This document shows positions 48,543 through 58,478 of a stretch of DNA of 64,000 nt, in pieces. The notes beneath the pieces were generated by a model. The model saw nothing but the letters and a program-made list of their open reading frames with translations. It made no database searches and was not told where the DNA came from. A program made the translations under genes and the position numbers. Numbering within the stretch: the stretch's first letter is position 1; each line of letters opens with the position of its first letter. Source of the stretch: an uncultured delta proteobacterium (GTDB lineage Bacteria; Desulfobacterota; BSN033; UBA1163); contig CAWHBU010000003.1 of assembly GCA_963827685.1 (NCBI GenBank), positions 416,001-480,000 on the forward strand. Direction: 5' to 3'.

Positions 48543-51488
48543 ATGAAAGATCAAAATAAGTCGAAGAAGCAACTTATCAATGAATTAATGGAATTGCGCC
48601 AACGAATTGGTGAACTGGAAAAATCGGAAAAGGAGCATCTGTCTGTCTATCGCGCTCTTTTCGAGGGGTCTAGAGATGCAATCTATATTACCGCTCGAGA
48701 GGGAGAGTTCCTTGATGTCAACCAATCTATGTTAGATCTGTTCGGATATTCCAGGGAAGAAATGATCGGCCTCAACGCCCGAAAGACATATGTCTATCCC
48801 GAGGATCGAACAAAGTTTCAGCAGGAGATAGAGCGAAGGGGGTTTGTTAGAGACTATGAGATAAAGTTACGCAAGAAAAACGGAATAGAGATGGAGTGTC
48901 TGTTTACTGCGACTGTGAGGTGGGCCGATGATGGGAATATTCTAGGATACCAAGGCATCATTCGTGACATCACCGAGCACAAGCAAGTTTTAGAAGTACT
49001 ACGTACCGAAAAGCAAAGGTTTCAAACGCTATCGGAGAATGCTCCGTTCGGTATAGTGATGATCAATAAAGATGGTGCTTTTGAATACATCAACCCTAAA
49101 TTTAGAGAATTGTTCGGCTATGATCTAAATGACGTTCCTGATGGAAGAACCTGGTTTAGAAAAGCATACCCTGACCCAACCTACAGACATAATGTTATCT
49201 CCACCTGGGTTAATGATTTAGACAGCTCCACCCCAGGAGAAAAAAGGCTCAGGACTTTTTCAGTGACCTGCAAAGACGGAACGGAAAAGATCATCAATTT
49301 TGCTACTGTCCAATTGGAGACAAGCGAAAATTTGATGGCTTGTGAGGATATCACTGAGCGAAAGCGAGCGGAGGAGACACTCCGAGAAAGCGAAGAGAGA
49401 TATAGAAGTATTCTTGAAAACATCCAGGACGGTTATTTTGAGGTTGACCTTACTGGTAATTTTACCTTCGTTAATGGCGTGATCTGCAAACGTCTCGGAT
49501 ATTCCAGAGAGGAATTGATTGGAATGAACAACCGGCAGTACACAGATGAAACCACCGCTCAAAAAACGTATCAGCTCTACAACAGAGTCTACAGAACAGG
49601 GGAACCGGTTAGGAGCTTTGAGGAGGAAATTATCAGAAAGGACGGGACTAGGGAGATTTACGAACTTTCGGTATCTCTTATAAGGGACTCAGAAGGGAAA
49701 CCGATTGGATTCCGGGGTATTTCTCGAGACATTACCGAGCGCAAGCGCGCGGAGGAGGCATTGAGGGAGAGCGAAGAGAAATATCGAACCATTCTTGAAA
49801 GCATCCAGGAAGGTTATTTTGAGGTTGACCTTGCTGGTAACTGTACTTTCGCTAATGACGCGCGGTGCCGAAGCCTCGGATATACCAAAGAGGAATTGAT
49901 CGGAATGAACAACCGGCAGTTTGAAGATAAAGAGAACGCAAAGAAAGTGTATCAAGCTTTTAATCGAGTCTACAGAACAGGGGAACCGGTTAGGAGCGTT
50001 GATGAGGAAGTTATCAGAAAAGACGGGACCAAAGCCTTTAGCGAACTTTCGGTATCTCTTATAAGGGACTCAGAAGGGAAACCGATTGGATTCCGGGGTA
50101 TTTCTCGAGACATTACCGAGCGCAAGCGTGCGGAGGAGGCATTGCGCCGAAGTGAGGAGAGGGCCACGCAACTCTCTCGAGAGAATGCGATCATGGCCGA
50201 AATTGGGCGAATCGTTAGCTCAACCTTAAAAATTGAAGAAGTGTATAAACGTTTCGCTGAAGAAGCCCGTGAACTTATCCCCTTCGACCGGATTTCAATC
50301 AACACCATCAATCCTGACCGCACTTCTATCACCATAGCGTATTTCTTTGGAGTTAAGATTGAAGAGAGCGAAGAAGGACTCGTTCTCCCTCTGGATCGCC
50401 CATTTTTCGAATATATCCTGAACAGGCAGTCAGGCTTCCTCATCCATCCCCAGGACGAAAGTGAGTTGACAGAACGTTTTCCCAACTTTGTAAGGCATTT
50501 TCGGGTCGGAATTCGGACGATGATAGCGGTTCCATTGATATCAAAGGATCAAGCGATAGGGATTCTTCACATTCAATCGCTGAAGCCAAACGCCTACACC
50601 GAATCGGATGTGAGACTGGCCGAAAGGGTAGGCAATCAGATTGCCGGTGCAATTGCCAACGCACAGCTCTTTACTGCTCGTCAGCGAGCGGAGGAAGAGC
50701 TTCGAAAAGCTCACGAAATGTTAGAAAAAAGGGTGGAGGAACGGACAGCCGAATTATCAAAAGCAAATGAGCTTTTGAAACAGGAGATTGCTGAGCGCGA
50801 GCAAATGCAGGAAAAGCTCCTTATCTCTGAGCGGCTGGCCACTCTCGGGCTTTTCTCTGGCAGCATTTCCCACGAGTTGAAGAATCCCCTGAGCACGATA
50901 GATAGTTCAGTATACTACCTTAAGACAAAGTTAAAAGACGCCGATGAAAAGGTGCGGACACACCTTGACCGTATCAAGTCCTCTGTAGGCAGTTCGTTAG
51001 CCATTATTGATAGCCTTCGTAACCTTACTCAAATAAAGGAACCACGGTTACAAAGAACTGACCTCAAATCCGTTACATTGGATGCAATCGCTAACGCTGA
51101 AGTACCGGAAACGGTCAATGTCATACGAAATATCACGGAGCAAGAGGTTTTGGTCAATGCAGACCCGGAACAGCTCAAAATGGCCTTTAAAAACATAGTG
51201 AAGAATGCAATCCAGGCAATGGATGGCAAGGGGACATTGGAGGTAACGGTCGGGAAGATTGACGATCAGGTTGAAGTATCCTTTACGGACACCGGCCCGG
51301 GCATTGCTTCGGAGAACCTAGATAAGATCTTTCAGCCGCTTTTTAGCACCAAGGCCAAGGGCCTCGGCTTTGGCCTCTCTATTTCCAAGATGATTATTGA
51401 CAAGCACAGTGGTACGATACAAGCCAAATCCGAACCAGGAAAGGGAGCCACGATCCTCATCCGTCTTTCTCTAAATACACAATCCTAA
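48543..51488 (+). CDS. Soluble PASx4-GAF histidine kinase
   Basis: Four PAS modules, GAF, ISHELKNPL, DTGPG, GLGFGL. Confidence 0.92.
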   Translation: MKDQNKSKKQLINELMELRQRIGELEKSEKEHLSVYRALFEGSRDAIYITAREGEFLDVNQSMLDLFGYSREEMIGLNARKTYVYPEDRTKFQQEIERRGFVRDYEIKLRKKNGIEMECLFTATVRWADDGNILGYQGIIRDITEHKQVLEVLRTEKQRFQTLSENAPFGIVMINKDGAFEYINPKFRELFGYDLNDVPDGRTWFRKAYPDPTYRHNVISTWVNDLDSSTPGEKRLRTFSVTCKDGTEKIINFATVQLETSENLMACEDITERKRAEETLRESEERYRSILENIQDGYFEVDLTGNFTFVNGVICKRLGYSREELIGMNNRQYTDETTAQKTYQLYNRVYRTGEPVRSFEEEIIRKDGTREIYELSVSLIRDSEGKPIGFRGISRDITERKRAEEALRESEEKYRTILESIQEGYFEVDLAGNCTFANDARCRSLGYTKEELIGMNNRQFEDKENAKKVYQAFNRVYRTGEPVRSVDEEVIRKDGTKAFSELSVSLIRDSEGKPIGFRGISRDITERKRAEEALRRSEERATQLSRENAIMAEIGRIVSSTLKIEEVYKRFAEEARELIPFDRISINTINPDRTSITIAYFFGVKIEESEEGLVLPLDRPFFEYILNRQSGFLIHPQDESELTERFPNFVRHFRVGIRTMIAVPLISKDQAIGILHIQSLKPNAYTESDVRLAERVGNQIAGAIANAQLFTARQRAEEELRKAHEMLEKRVEERTAELSKANELLKQEIAEREQMQEKLLISERLATLGLFSGSISHELKNPLSTIDSSVYYLKTKLKDADEKVRTHLDRIKSSVGSSLAIIDSLRNLTQIKEPRLQRTDLKSVTLDAIANAEVPETVNVIRNITEQEVLVNADPEQLKMAFKNIVKNAIQAMDGKGTLEVTVGKIDDQVEVSFTDTGPGIASENLDKIFQPLFSTKAKGLGFGLSISKMIIDKHSGTIQAKSEPGKGATILIRLSLNTQS

Positions 51489-51501
51489 GGAGGAATAGGC
51501 A

Positions 51502-52265
51502 ATGTCAAAAAAGTTAAGGATACTCGTTGTTGATGACAATCCTGAGTTCTGCCAGAACTTGGCCGATATATTGGAAACGGAGGGTTGCGAAGCGGCCACT
51601 GCCTATGATGGATTCAAAGCCCTTGAGGCAGTCAAACAGAAGGGCTTTGACTTAGTATTCATAGATATCAAGATGCCGGTGATGAACGGGGTGGAGACCT
51701 TCAAGAAGATGAAGGAAATAGCACCAGGAACCTCGGTCATTATGATGAGTGCGTATGCTGTGGAAGATCTCATCAAAGAGGCGCTCCAGGAACAAGCTTT
51801 TGGCTTCCTTAAGAAACCTGTGGACTTTGAAAAACTCTATAAACTTATTGAACAAGCTACTGCGAAGGGGGGCTCATCCTTGTGGTGGATGACGATCAGG
51901 AGTTCTGTGCCAATATAAACAATATTCTCACGGATAAAGGGTACCGAGTGAGTACCGCCCACGATGGCAACATGGCGATAGAGAAAGTATGGGAGAATAA
52001 TTTTGACATCATCCTTCTTGACATGAAGTTGCCTCCGCTGAATGGATTGGAGACCTACCTGGCCATCCGGGAGATTCGTTCGAAGGTGGCAGTCATTGTC
52101 ATTACCGGGTATCTACAGGAGATGGGCGATTTAGTACAAAAGGCTTTGCAAGAGTCTGCCTATGTCTGCATGGAGAAGCCCGTAGATATGGACAAACTGA
52201 TTTCACTCCTTGATAAAATTAAGGAACAGAAAGTAAACCCCGTTAGAAAGTCTTCTGCTTTCTAA
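51502..52265 (+). pseudogene. Tandem REC-REC response regulator split by a frameshift in a G6 tract; 3' end disrupted by a MITE
   Basis: REC1 51502-; GGGGGG at 51867-51872 precedes out-of-frame LILVVDDD of REC2. Confidence 0.7.
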
Positions 52266-52362
52266 CGGGAAGGCTCACAGGAGGCATTAAACCTCGCATT
52301 CGCTGAAAAAGGAATAGTTTTCATCCCCGCTGCAAGGAGCAGGGCTTTCTAACGGGGTAAAC
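52234..52362. mobile_element. CCCCGTTAGAAA MITE, copy 2
   Basis: TIRs, GTAAAC on both sides; removal restores ...KEQKVNGALPRP*. Confidence 0.8.
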
Positions 52363-52395
52363 GGCGCTCTCCCAAGACCTTAAAGATAGGACTCT

Positions 52396-53469
52396 ATGGA
52401 ACGAAAGTTTGAGATACTCATTGTGGATGATGATGTAGGACTGTCCTTGAATCTACGGGATATACTGGAGGAGCAAGGGTACAGTGTTGCAGTGGCCCAC
52501 GATGGTCAAACTGCACTCACTCTCTCTCGTGAAAAGAAATTCGATCTTGCCATTATCGACATTAGGCTGCCCGATATGCTGGGGGATTTGGTAATCAATG
52601 AGTTATCCGGCGTATCCCCACGAACAGAATATATCCTTATGACTGGCTATGCTTCGCTTGAAAGTGCTGTCGAAGCGGTAAGATGGAAGAACATCATATC
52701 CTACGAAATCAAACCATTCGATATCGATCGTCTTAAATTGCTCATTGACCAGGTCGCACAGCGCAAGCGCGCAGAGGAGGATGTCTTAAGACAAAAAACA
52801 ATTGTGGAAGAGAGGACCGCAAAGCTCCAAGAAGCTTATCTGACTTTGAAGAAGACCCATCTGGAATCTGTGAAGGTTTTGGCCGAGGCGATCGATGCCA
52901 AAGACCCTTACACCCGAGGCCATTCCGATCGAGTCAAAAAGATGAGCTTGAGACTCGCTCTTTCATTAGGGCTCACAGAAGATAAGCTGGAGATTCTTGA
53001 ATATGGAGCGCTCCTCCATGACATCGGGAAGATCGGCATCAACGACGGGATACTCCAGAAACCAGGACCCCTCACTCCAGAAGAGTTTCAGTTAATTCAG
53101 GAGCACCCATTGATTGGTGTAAAGATTGTGGAGGGAATCGAATTTTTTGAAGAAATGATTCCGATGATTCGTAACCATCACGAACGTTTTGACGGCAACG
53201 GGTATCCAGATGGGTTGATGGGAGAAGCCATACCCCTGGGGGCAAGGATTATTGCTATATCGGATGCCTTCGATGCTATGACAAGCCTGAGGCCTCATCG
53301 GCCACTCATGCCTCTTGAGGATGTTCTGGTGGAAATGGAGAGGGGTAAGGGGAGACAATTCGATCCAAAGATTTTGGAAATTTTCTTGCGAGAAGAGATT
53401 TACAGATCGAGGGGGAAAATAGTGCAACCGCTGAGCTATAAGCGGTCTGTTGAGAGTGCAAGTTATTAA
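52396..53469 (+). CDS. REC-HD-GYP phosphodiesterase (RpfG-like)
   Basis: KDPYTRGHSDRV, HDIGKIG, HHERFDGNGYP. Confidence 0.93.
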   Translation: MERKFEILIVDDDVGLSLNLRDILEEQGYSVAVAHDGQTALTLSREKKFDLAIIDIRLPDMLGDLVINELSGVSPRTEYILMTGYASLESAVEAVRWKNIISYEIKPFDIDRLKLLIDQVAQRKRAEEDVLRQKTIVEERTAKLQEAYLTLKKTHLESVKVLAEAIDAKDPYTRGHSDRVKKMSLRLALSLGLTEDKLEILEYGALLHDIGKIGINDGILQKPGPLTPEEFQLIQEHPLIGVKIVEGIEFFEEMIPMIRNHHERFDGNGYPDGLMGEAIPLGARIIAISDAFDAMTSLRPHRPLMPLEDVLVEMERGKGRQFDPKILEIFLREEIYRSRGKIVQPLSYKRSVESASY

Positions 53470-53699
53470 TCAGTCCCACTGCAGTCCAAGAACGGCTGAA
53501 TTGGGTATAACGGCAGCTGATTTCATTCGACATTTTGGTTAGTTGTAAAAGTCAGAATTTAACCTTGCAGACAGTGTCAAACTTGGTGACTTCTTCCTGA
53601 AGTCGTTAGTCTTAAGTTTCCTCCCACCATACCACATTTCAACTGGAAATCAGTAAGTCGAGCCTGAGAAAAGGGAGAGCCCAATGGCAAATGGTTGTT

Positions 53700-53868
53700 T
53701 CAGTTATAAATGGCGTAATGCTTCCCTTTATCCTGATATTTATGTTATTATGAAAAAAATCTGATGGGGAATTATACAAACCTAAAAATATTTAACTGGA
53801 TAGCTTGGGCAACGACAATAATAATGAATATCCTGACAATAATGTCTCTGGTTTGGTTATTTTTCTAA
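53700..53868 (+). pseudogene. C-terminal remnant of an NRAMP-family metal transporter
   Basis: SVINGVMLPFILIFMLL* then, frameshifted, KNLMGNYTNLKIFNWIAWATTII... Confidence 0.6.
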
Positions 53869-53929
53869 TTACTAATGCGTTCCATTTTGAATGAAAAAGG
53901 AAGAAGGACGACAGTAAAGGAGGAGAAAG

Positions 53930-54124
53930 ATGGGAAGTGTTGGAATGCCGGAGTTGATGGTCATCTTGGTTATTGCCTTGATCGTTTTCGGTGCAGGCAA
54001 GCTCCCTCAGATTGGTGAAAACCTGGGGAAAGCGATCCGAAACTTCAAAGGTGCAACCGAGAGAGAAAAGATCGATGTGCCCCCCAAAAAACCTGAGGAG
54101 ATTTCAGGAGAGGGTAAACAGTAG
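53930..54124 (+). CDS. tatA: Twin-arginine translocase TatA/E
   Basis: [25 protein letters not shown]...LGKAIRNFK. Confidence 0.92.
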   Translation: MGSVGMPELMVILVIALIVFGAGKLPQIGENLGKAIRNFKGATEREKIDVPPKKPEEISGEGKQ

Positions 54125-54185
54125 AAGGTTTCTTCTATCCTTTTGAAGAATTGTTTCTTTTGGAGTTTTCCAAAAAGGACGTTTT

Positions 54186-54596
54186 ATGCTTGCAGGGCCT
54201 GATTTGTTGGTTATCTTGGTTATTGCCTTGATCGTTTTTGGGCCTAAAAAACTCCCAGAATTAGCCAAGACTATTGGAAGGGCACTGGGAGAGTTTAAGA
54301 AAACGACTGAGGAGATAAAGGAAAGTATTGGAATTAAAGATTTAGAAGAGATGAGAAGCAACCTTACTGGGATTGATCTTTTTACCGATTTAGCTGAAAA
54401 GGTATCTGCTTCCATGACCAATAAAGAAGCGACAGGAGATGTATCTATTCCGGTAGAGGATTCCATCCCGGAGAGGAATTCCTCTCCCGTAGAGGCATCA
54501 ATCCCTATTGGAGATGGAAAAGGGTTAGAAAAAGGAAAGAATGCAAAATCGGAAGGGTCAAAAGGCGAGGTACCAAGAGAAGGCATCCCATCCTAA
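54186..54596 (+). CDS. tatB: Twin-arginine translocase TatB-like
   Basis: ALIVFGPKKLPELAKTIGRALGEFKK. Confidence 0.75.
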   Translation: MLAGPDLLVILVIALIVFGPKKLPELAKTIGRALGEFKKTTEEIKESIGIKDLEEMRSNLTGIDLFTDLAEKVSASMTNKEATGDVSIPVEDSIPERNSSPVEASIPIGDGKGLEKGKNAKSEGSKGEVPREGIPS

Positions 54597-54598
54597 GG

Positions 54599-55345
54599 AT
54601 GAAATCTCAACTTATGAAATTACCACTCCAATTAAGATCGAAGTGGGTTTGGATCACTTGTCTTTTAGTAGGACTCATTATACTTCTCATTTATCTATAC
54701 AACTCGCAACTGTGGATTCAAGCCGTTAAACTTTGGAATCTCTTCCAGGATCGTCACCAATTAAAAGTAGTTCTCAGATCCTACGGGCCATATTCTCCTC
54801 TGGTTTTTATCCTTCTCCAAATTATACAAGTGGTTATTGCTCCCATTCCGGGAGAAGCCATTGAGTTTTTGGGAGGTTACATTTTTGGGGTTTGGGGTGG
54901 GATGGTTTATTCCATGATCGGGCTGATATTGGGTTCTTGGTTTGCCTTCAGTATAGCAAGGATCTTTGAAAAGCGGGCTGTCGAGAAGTTTGTTTCGCCA
55001 AAGCTGAGAAAAAAATTTGATTATTTAATTGGACATGAGGGGGTTATCCTCAGTTTTCTTCTTTTTTTGATCCCAGGCTTTCCAAAGGATGCCTTGTGCT
55101 ACATCTTAGGTTTGACGCCGATGCATTGGGGAATTTTTCTCATCATCTCGACCATTGGGAGGATACCCGGAACATTGATGGCAACACTTCAGGGCGCAAA
55201 GGCCTTTGATCAACAATACGTAACCCTATTAATCCTGTTGGGGATATCTGCTCTGATCATTTTGGTCTTTTATATCTACCACGAGAACATTCATCAATGG
55301 ATTAAAAAAAGGAGTAAAGCAGGCATTCAGAAGAAAAGTGTATAG
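54599..55345 (+). CDS. TVP38/TMEM64 (DedA/VTT) family membrane protein
   Basis: QVVIAPIPGE, LFLIPGFPKDALCY, GRIPG. Confidence 0.88.
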   Translation: MKSQLMKLPLQLRSKWVWITCLLVGLIILLIYLYNSQLWIQAVKLWNLFQDRHQLKVVLRSYGPYSPLVFILLQIIQVVIAPIPGEAIEFLGGYIFGVWGGMVYSMIGLILGSWFAFSIARIFEKRAVEKFVSPKLRKKFDYLIGHEGVILSFLLFLIPGFPKDALCYILGLTPMHWGIFLIISTIGRIPGTLMATLQGAKAFDQQYVTLLILLGISALIILVFYIYHENIHQWIKKRSKAGIQKKSV

Positions 55346-55356
55346 TAATTCCTTTT

Positions 55357-55415
55357 TCAAAGATCAAGGGCAGGGTCAGAAATGGCTCTGCCTTTTTTGT
55401 TTCTTTCTTCCTGAA
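55357..55415 (+). terminator. Terminator, duplicated at 59949-60005
   Basis: GGCAGGGTCA...TGGCTCTGCC plus T-run; shared tail GTTTCTTTCTTCCTGAA. Confidence 0.75.
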
Positions 55416-55627
55416 CTCATCAAGCCATGAATCCATATCGCTATACCAGATTTCAACTGATAATCTCTAAAAGATAATTTCCACAAGACTGTTTTTCTCT
55501 AAGTTCTTATTGACACCCTAATTGATTATTTATTAAATTAAGAAGAGTTTTGGGAGACGCTGAAGGTGGTGACTTCAACTCGCGTAGGGAGGGGTAAGAT
55601 ATTAAGCAAACGAGGAGGTAAGGAAAT

Positions 55628-56065
55628 ATGAAACGCTCATGTAAGGTATTTATATTACTCCCAATCGTACCGTTATTGATTGCAGGTTGTGTAGGAGTCA
55701 CCCCTTATCAGGAAGCGGACAGCAAGGGATACGGGGTCAAAACCTATAAGATGAGCGATAACAGATATAAAGTGATTGTTAAGGCGAGTCGGGTAACCGA
55801 CAAAGGCACCGCGGAAGGTTACTTTTGGAGACGTGCACAAGACCTCTGTGATTGCCCGGGCGCAGCACATGGCGACTTACCCTACTTCGACCATATTGAG
55901 GGCTGCCTAAGGGTAAGCCACACAATAAGGAGCGAAGGCCACGCAGGGAAGGTAACTACTAAGCGAAGTGGTGGTGCTCTCTCAAGCGTTGAAACGACAA
56001 CGGTATACGAAGCGGAAGACACCGAGGTGTCCGGAGAAGTGGAATGTCTGAAAGAGAGTAAGTAG
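55628..56065 (+). CDS. Hypothetical lipoprotein
   Basis: GGAGG RBS, lipobox IAGC, TPYQ...GY...RAQDLC. Confidence 0.7.
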   Translation: MKRSCKVFILLPIVPLLIAGCVGVTPYQEADSKGYGVKTYKMSDNRYKVIVKASRVTDKGTAEGYFWRRAQDLCDCPGAAHGDLPYFDHIEGCLRVSHTIRSEGHAGKVTTKRSGGALSSVETTTVYEAEDTEVSGEVECLKESK

Positions 56066-56264
56066 CCTTCCTATATATTGGTTCACGAAGGTCTTCTCAG
56101 AGGTGATACACCTTAGCCATTTATGCCACGGCCTCACGTACAATCCAAGGTGGACCGCACGTGCAACAAACCGCTCAATAGTCTCTGTAGCCACTCCAAG
56201 TCCTTCTGAACTAAAGCGACTGATGATTTCAATCTGACCTTCCCCTGAAAAAGTGGACATATAG

Positions 56265-57122
56265 TTAAGTTTCATTAAGGAGCTTTTCATACTGCTCTGG
56301 GCTCCTGTACCCTAATGCCGAATGACTCCTCTGACGATTATAAAACACTTCCACGTACTCAAAAATACTAAGCCTCGCCTCCAGCCTTGAACGGTACCGC
56401 TCACCATGGACCAACTCCGTCTTGAGCGTGCCAAAGAAAGACTCCACATAGGCATTATCATAACAATTGCCACTTCTGCTCATACTAGGAGTCATGCCGT
56501 ATTCTCTTAAAAGCTCCTGATAGGCATAGCTTGCATACTGCCTGCCTCGATCAGAATGGTGGATCAACCCTTCAGAGGGGCTTTGCCTGCCCACCGCGTC
56601 CCTGAGCGCAGCAGAAGCTAGCTCCTGAGAGAGCTTATCGCTCATGGACAGCCCAATGATCTTTCTGCTTTTCACATTCATCACTGCTGCCACATAGAGC
56701 CATCCCTCAGAAGTGGGCACAAACGTAATATCAGATGCCCATACCCCCTCTGTCTGCCTCTGGTCAATCAGTAAGTTTGCAGCCAAGGCATAATGATGCC
56801 GTGAATCGGTAGTCCGCCTGAATCTCTTTTTCTTCACTTCTGCCCATATGGAGTGCTCTTTCATGATCCTGGCTACCCGGTTCTTCCCACATCTAAGACC
56901 CTGCTTATTGAGCTCCGCTGCGATCCGCGGACTCCCATAGAGCCTTCTGCTTTGAGTGTGGATCTCCCGTATGTGCCCCAGCAACTCCTCATCGTCTTTC
57001 TGACGTGTGCTCGGTTGACGCGTCTTCCACGCATAATAACCACTTCTGGATACCTTCAACACTTCACTCATACTCCTTATCTTGTAGGTCTCTCTGTGCT
57101 CTTCTATCAACCGATACTTCAT
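56265..57122 (-). CDS. IS3 transposase OrfB (DDE)
   Basis: WASDIT, HHSDRGRQY, DNAYVESFFGTLKTE. Confidence 0.95.
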   Translation of the reverse strand: MKYRLIEEHRETYKIRSMSEVLKVSRSGYYAWKTRQPSTRQKDDEELLGHIREIHTQSRRLYGSPRIAAELNKQGLRCGKNRVARIMKEHSIWAEVKKKRFRRTTDSRHHYALAANLLIDQRQTEGVWASDITFVPTSEGWLYVAAVMNVKSRKIIGLSMSDKLSQELASAALRDAVGRQSPSEGLIHHSDRGRQYASYAYQELLREYGMTPSMSRSGNCYDNAYVESFFGTLKTELVHGERYRSRLEARLSIFEYVEVFYNRQRSHSALGYRSPEQYEKLLNET

Positions 57123-57415
57123 CTGTTTCGTTTGGAGAATACGGCCAAGGCTTTTTTTAAAATGTCCCTCTCTTCCTTCACCTTTTCTAATTCCTTCCGG
57201 AGCCCCTTTATTTCCGCTTCCTCTGGCGTTACACGGCCCTTCCCTACGAAGGCTTTATCCCCTTTAGCTAAGAACCTCCTCCTCCATAGATGAAGAAGAT
57301 TGGGATGGATATCAAGCTCTCGGGCCACCTTGCCTACCGGCATCCCTTTCTCTGTGACCAACTGCACTGCATCTCGTTTGAACTCACGGCTGAAATGACG
57401 ATTCTTTTCCCCCAT
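57119..57415 (-). CDS. IS3 transposase OrfA (HTH)
   Basis: FSREFKRDAV, ERDILKKA. Confidence 0.93.
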   Translation of the reverse strand: MGEKNRHFSREFKRDAVQLVTEKGMPVGKVARELDIHPNLLHLWRRRFLAKGDKAFVGKGRVTPEEAEIKGLRKELEKVKEERDILKKALAVFSKRNR

Positions 57416-57874
57416 ACGCACCTCCTGTCCAATGATACAAATTCTCAGGTGTGTCCATCAACTCGGGGGAAGGTCAATCCATAATCATTCATCTCTCACC
57501 CTTGTCAAGAGTAAAGACTCGTAGGTGAAGTCCTCATCTCCTTTTCTGAAGATAACTTCCTGAAAGAGTGATTCTTGGACGTTCCTTTAAGTTAGAAGAT
57601 TTCAGTCTTGAATCAATAAAGAGCGGGAAACGTTTTTCACATTTTTTAGGGAAGTAATTCAAGACTTTTGTGTAAATCTCTTCCCTTTTGACTTTCATTA
57701 AAATATTGAAGTTTGCAAAAGATAGAGTGGTTATGGAAGCTTATGATAATAGCCGAGACACGGCATCCAAAATGCAACTAAAAAACTTGTTACGGGATTG
57801 ATACGAAGGAACTGGGTCTACCTGCTAAAGCGATCACCAGGAGGAAAATATAGTCAACTAAGAAAGAAGCATCC

Positions 57875-58240
57875 ATGAGCATAAAACCCAGAGGACTAAT
57901 AGCTTTGGCTGTTATTTTCGTTCTCTCATGTTGGACTTGTTTTTTCTATTTCACCACAGGCTTTTTCGTGATTCAGCCCATTGGAGCCCTCCCTGAAGGT
58001 GCAACGGTATGGTATTGGCGCTACAACACTGGACTCCCCTTTATCTCCTCCGCAGATAGCTTGCTTCTCGATAAGCAGGAGGGCATTTCCCTATTAGGCC
58101 GAGGATTCGTTCTCGCTACTCTCGTAGAGCCGATAACCGAGGTAAAGATCGCCTCCCTCCCGTATAGCAAAACGCTCTATCTTATTTCCACAGGAGGTCG
58201 GGAGTTTCACCTGAGTTTCCCCTCTGGTATCGAAACCTAA
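57875..58240 (+). CDS. Hypothetical membrane-anchored protein
   Basis: N-terminal TM; GFFVIQPIGALPEGAT, PFISSAD. Confidence 0.6.
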   Translation: MSIKPRGLIALAVIFVLSCWTCFFYFTTGFFVIQPIGALPEGATVWYWRYNTGLPFISSADSLLLDKQEGISLLGRGFVLATLVEPITEVKIASLPYSKTLYLISTGGREFHLSFPSGIET

Positions 58241-58478
58241 ATGATTTAACTCCGCAGTCCGGCATGCCCTCCACGACGTATTTTACCTTTGAATTACAGA
58301 ATGACGGAACGCTGAAAGGAACCTTTGATACACGGGGCAGTTTGGGTATCTCAAGGAAGGCAACAATGAGGAGAGTTGATTGATATGAACGCCTTTGCCC
58401 CAATCTGATTAGCATGCACGCTTTCTACTTGTAATTGTTACCTTGTGATGTGCCAGAATCCTCAACCTTTGTAGTCAA

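Larger units (their letters stand above)
56235..57476 (-). mobile_element. IS3-family element, copy 1 (1242 bp, ATC target duplication)
   Basis: TGACCTTCCCC...GGGGAAGGTCA TIRs, orfA/orfB, A7G slippery site. Confidence 0.95.

Noticed and set aside
55982-56290. 102-aa minus-strand ORF
   Set aside because: Chimeric: starts inside the IS3 end and overlaps the lipoprotein gene; a short real gene inside cannot be supported
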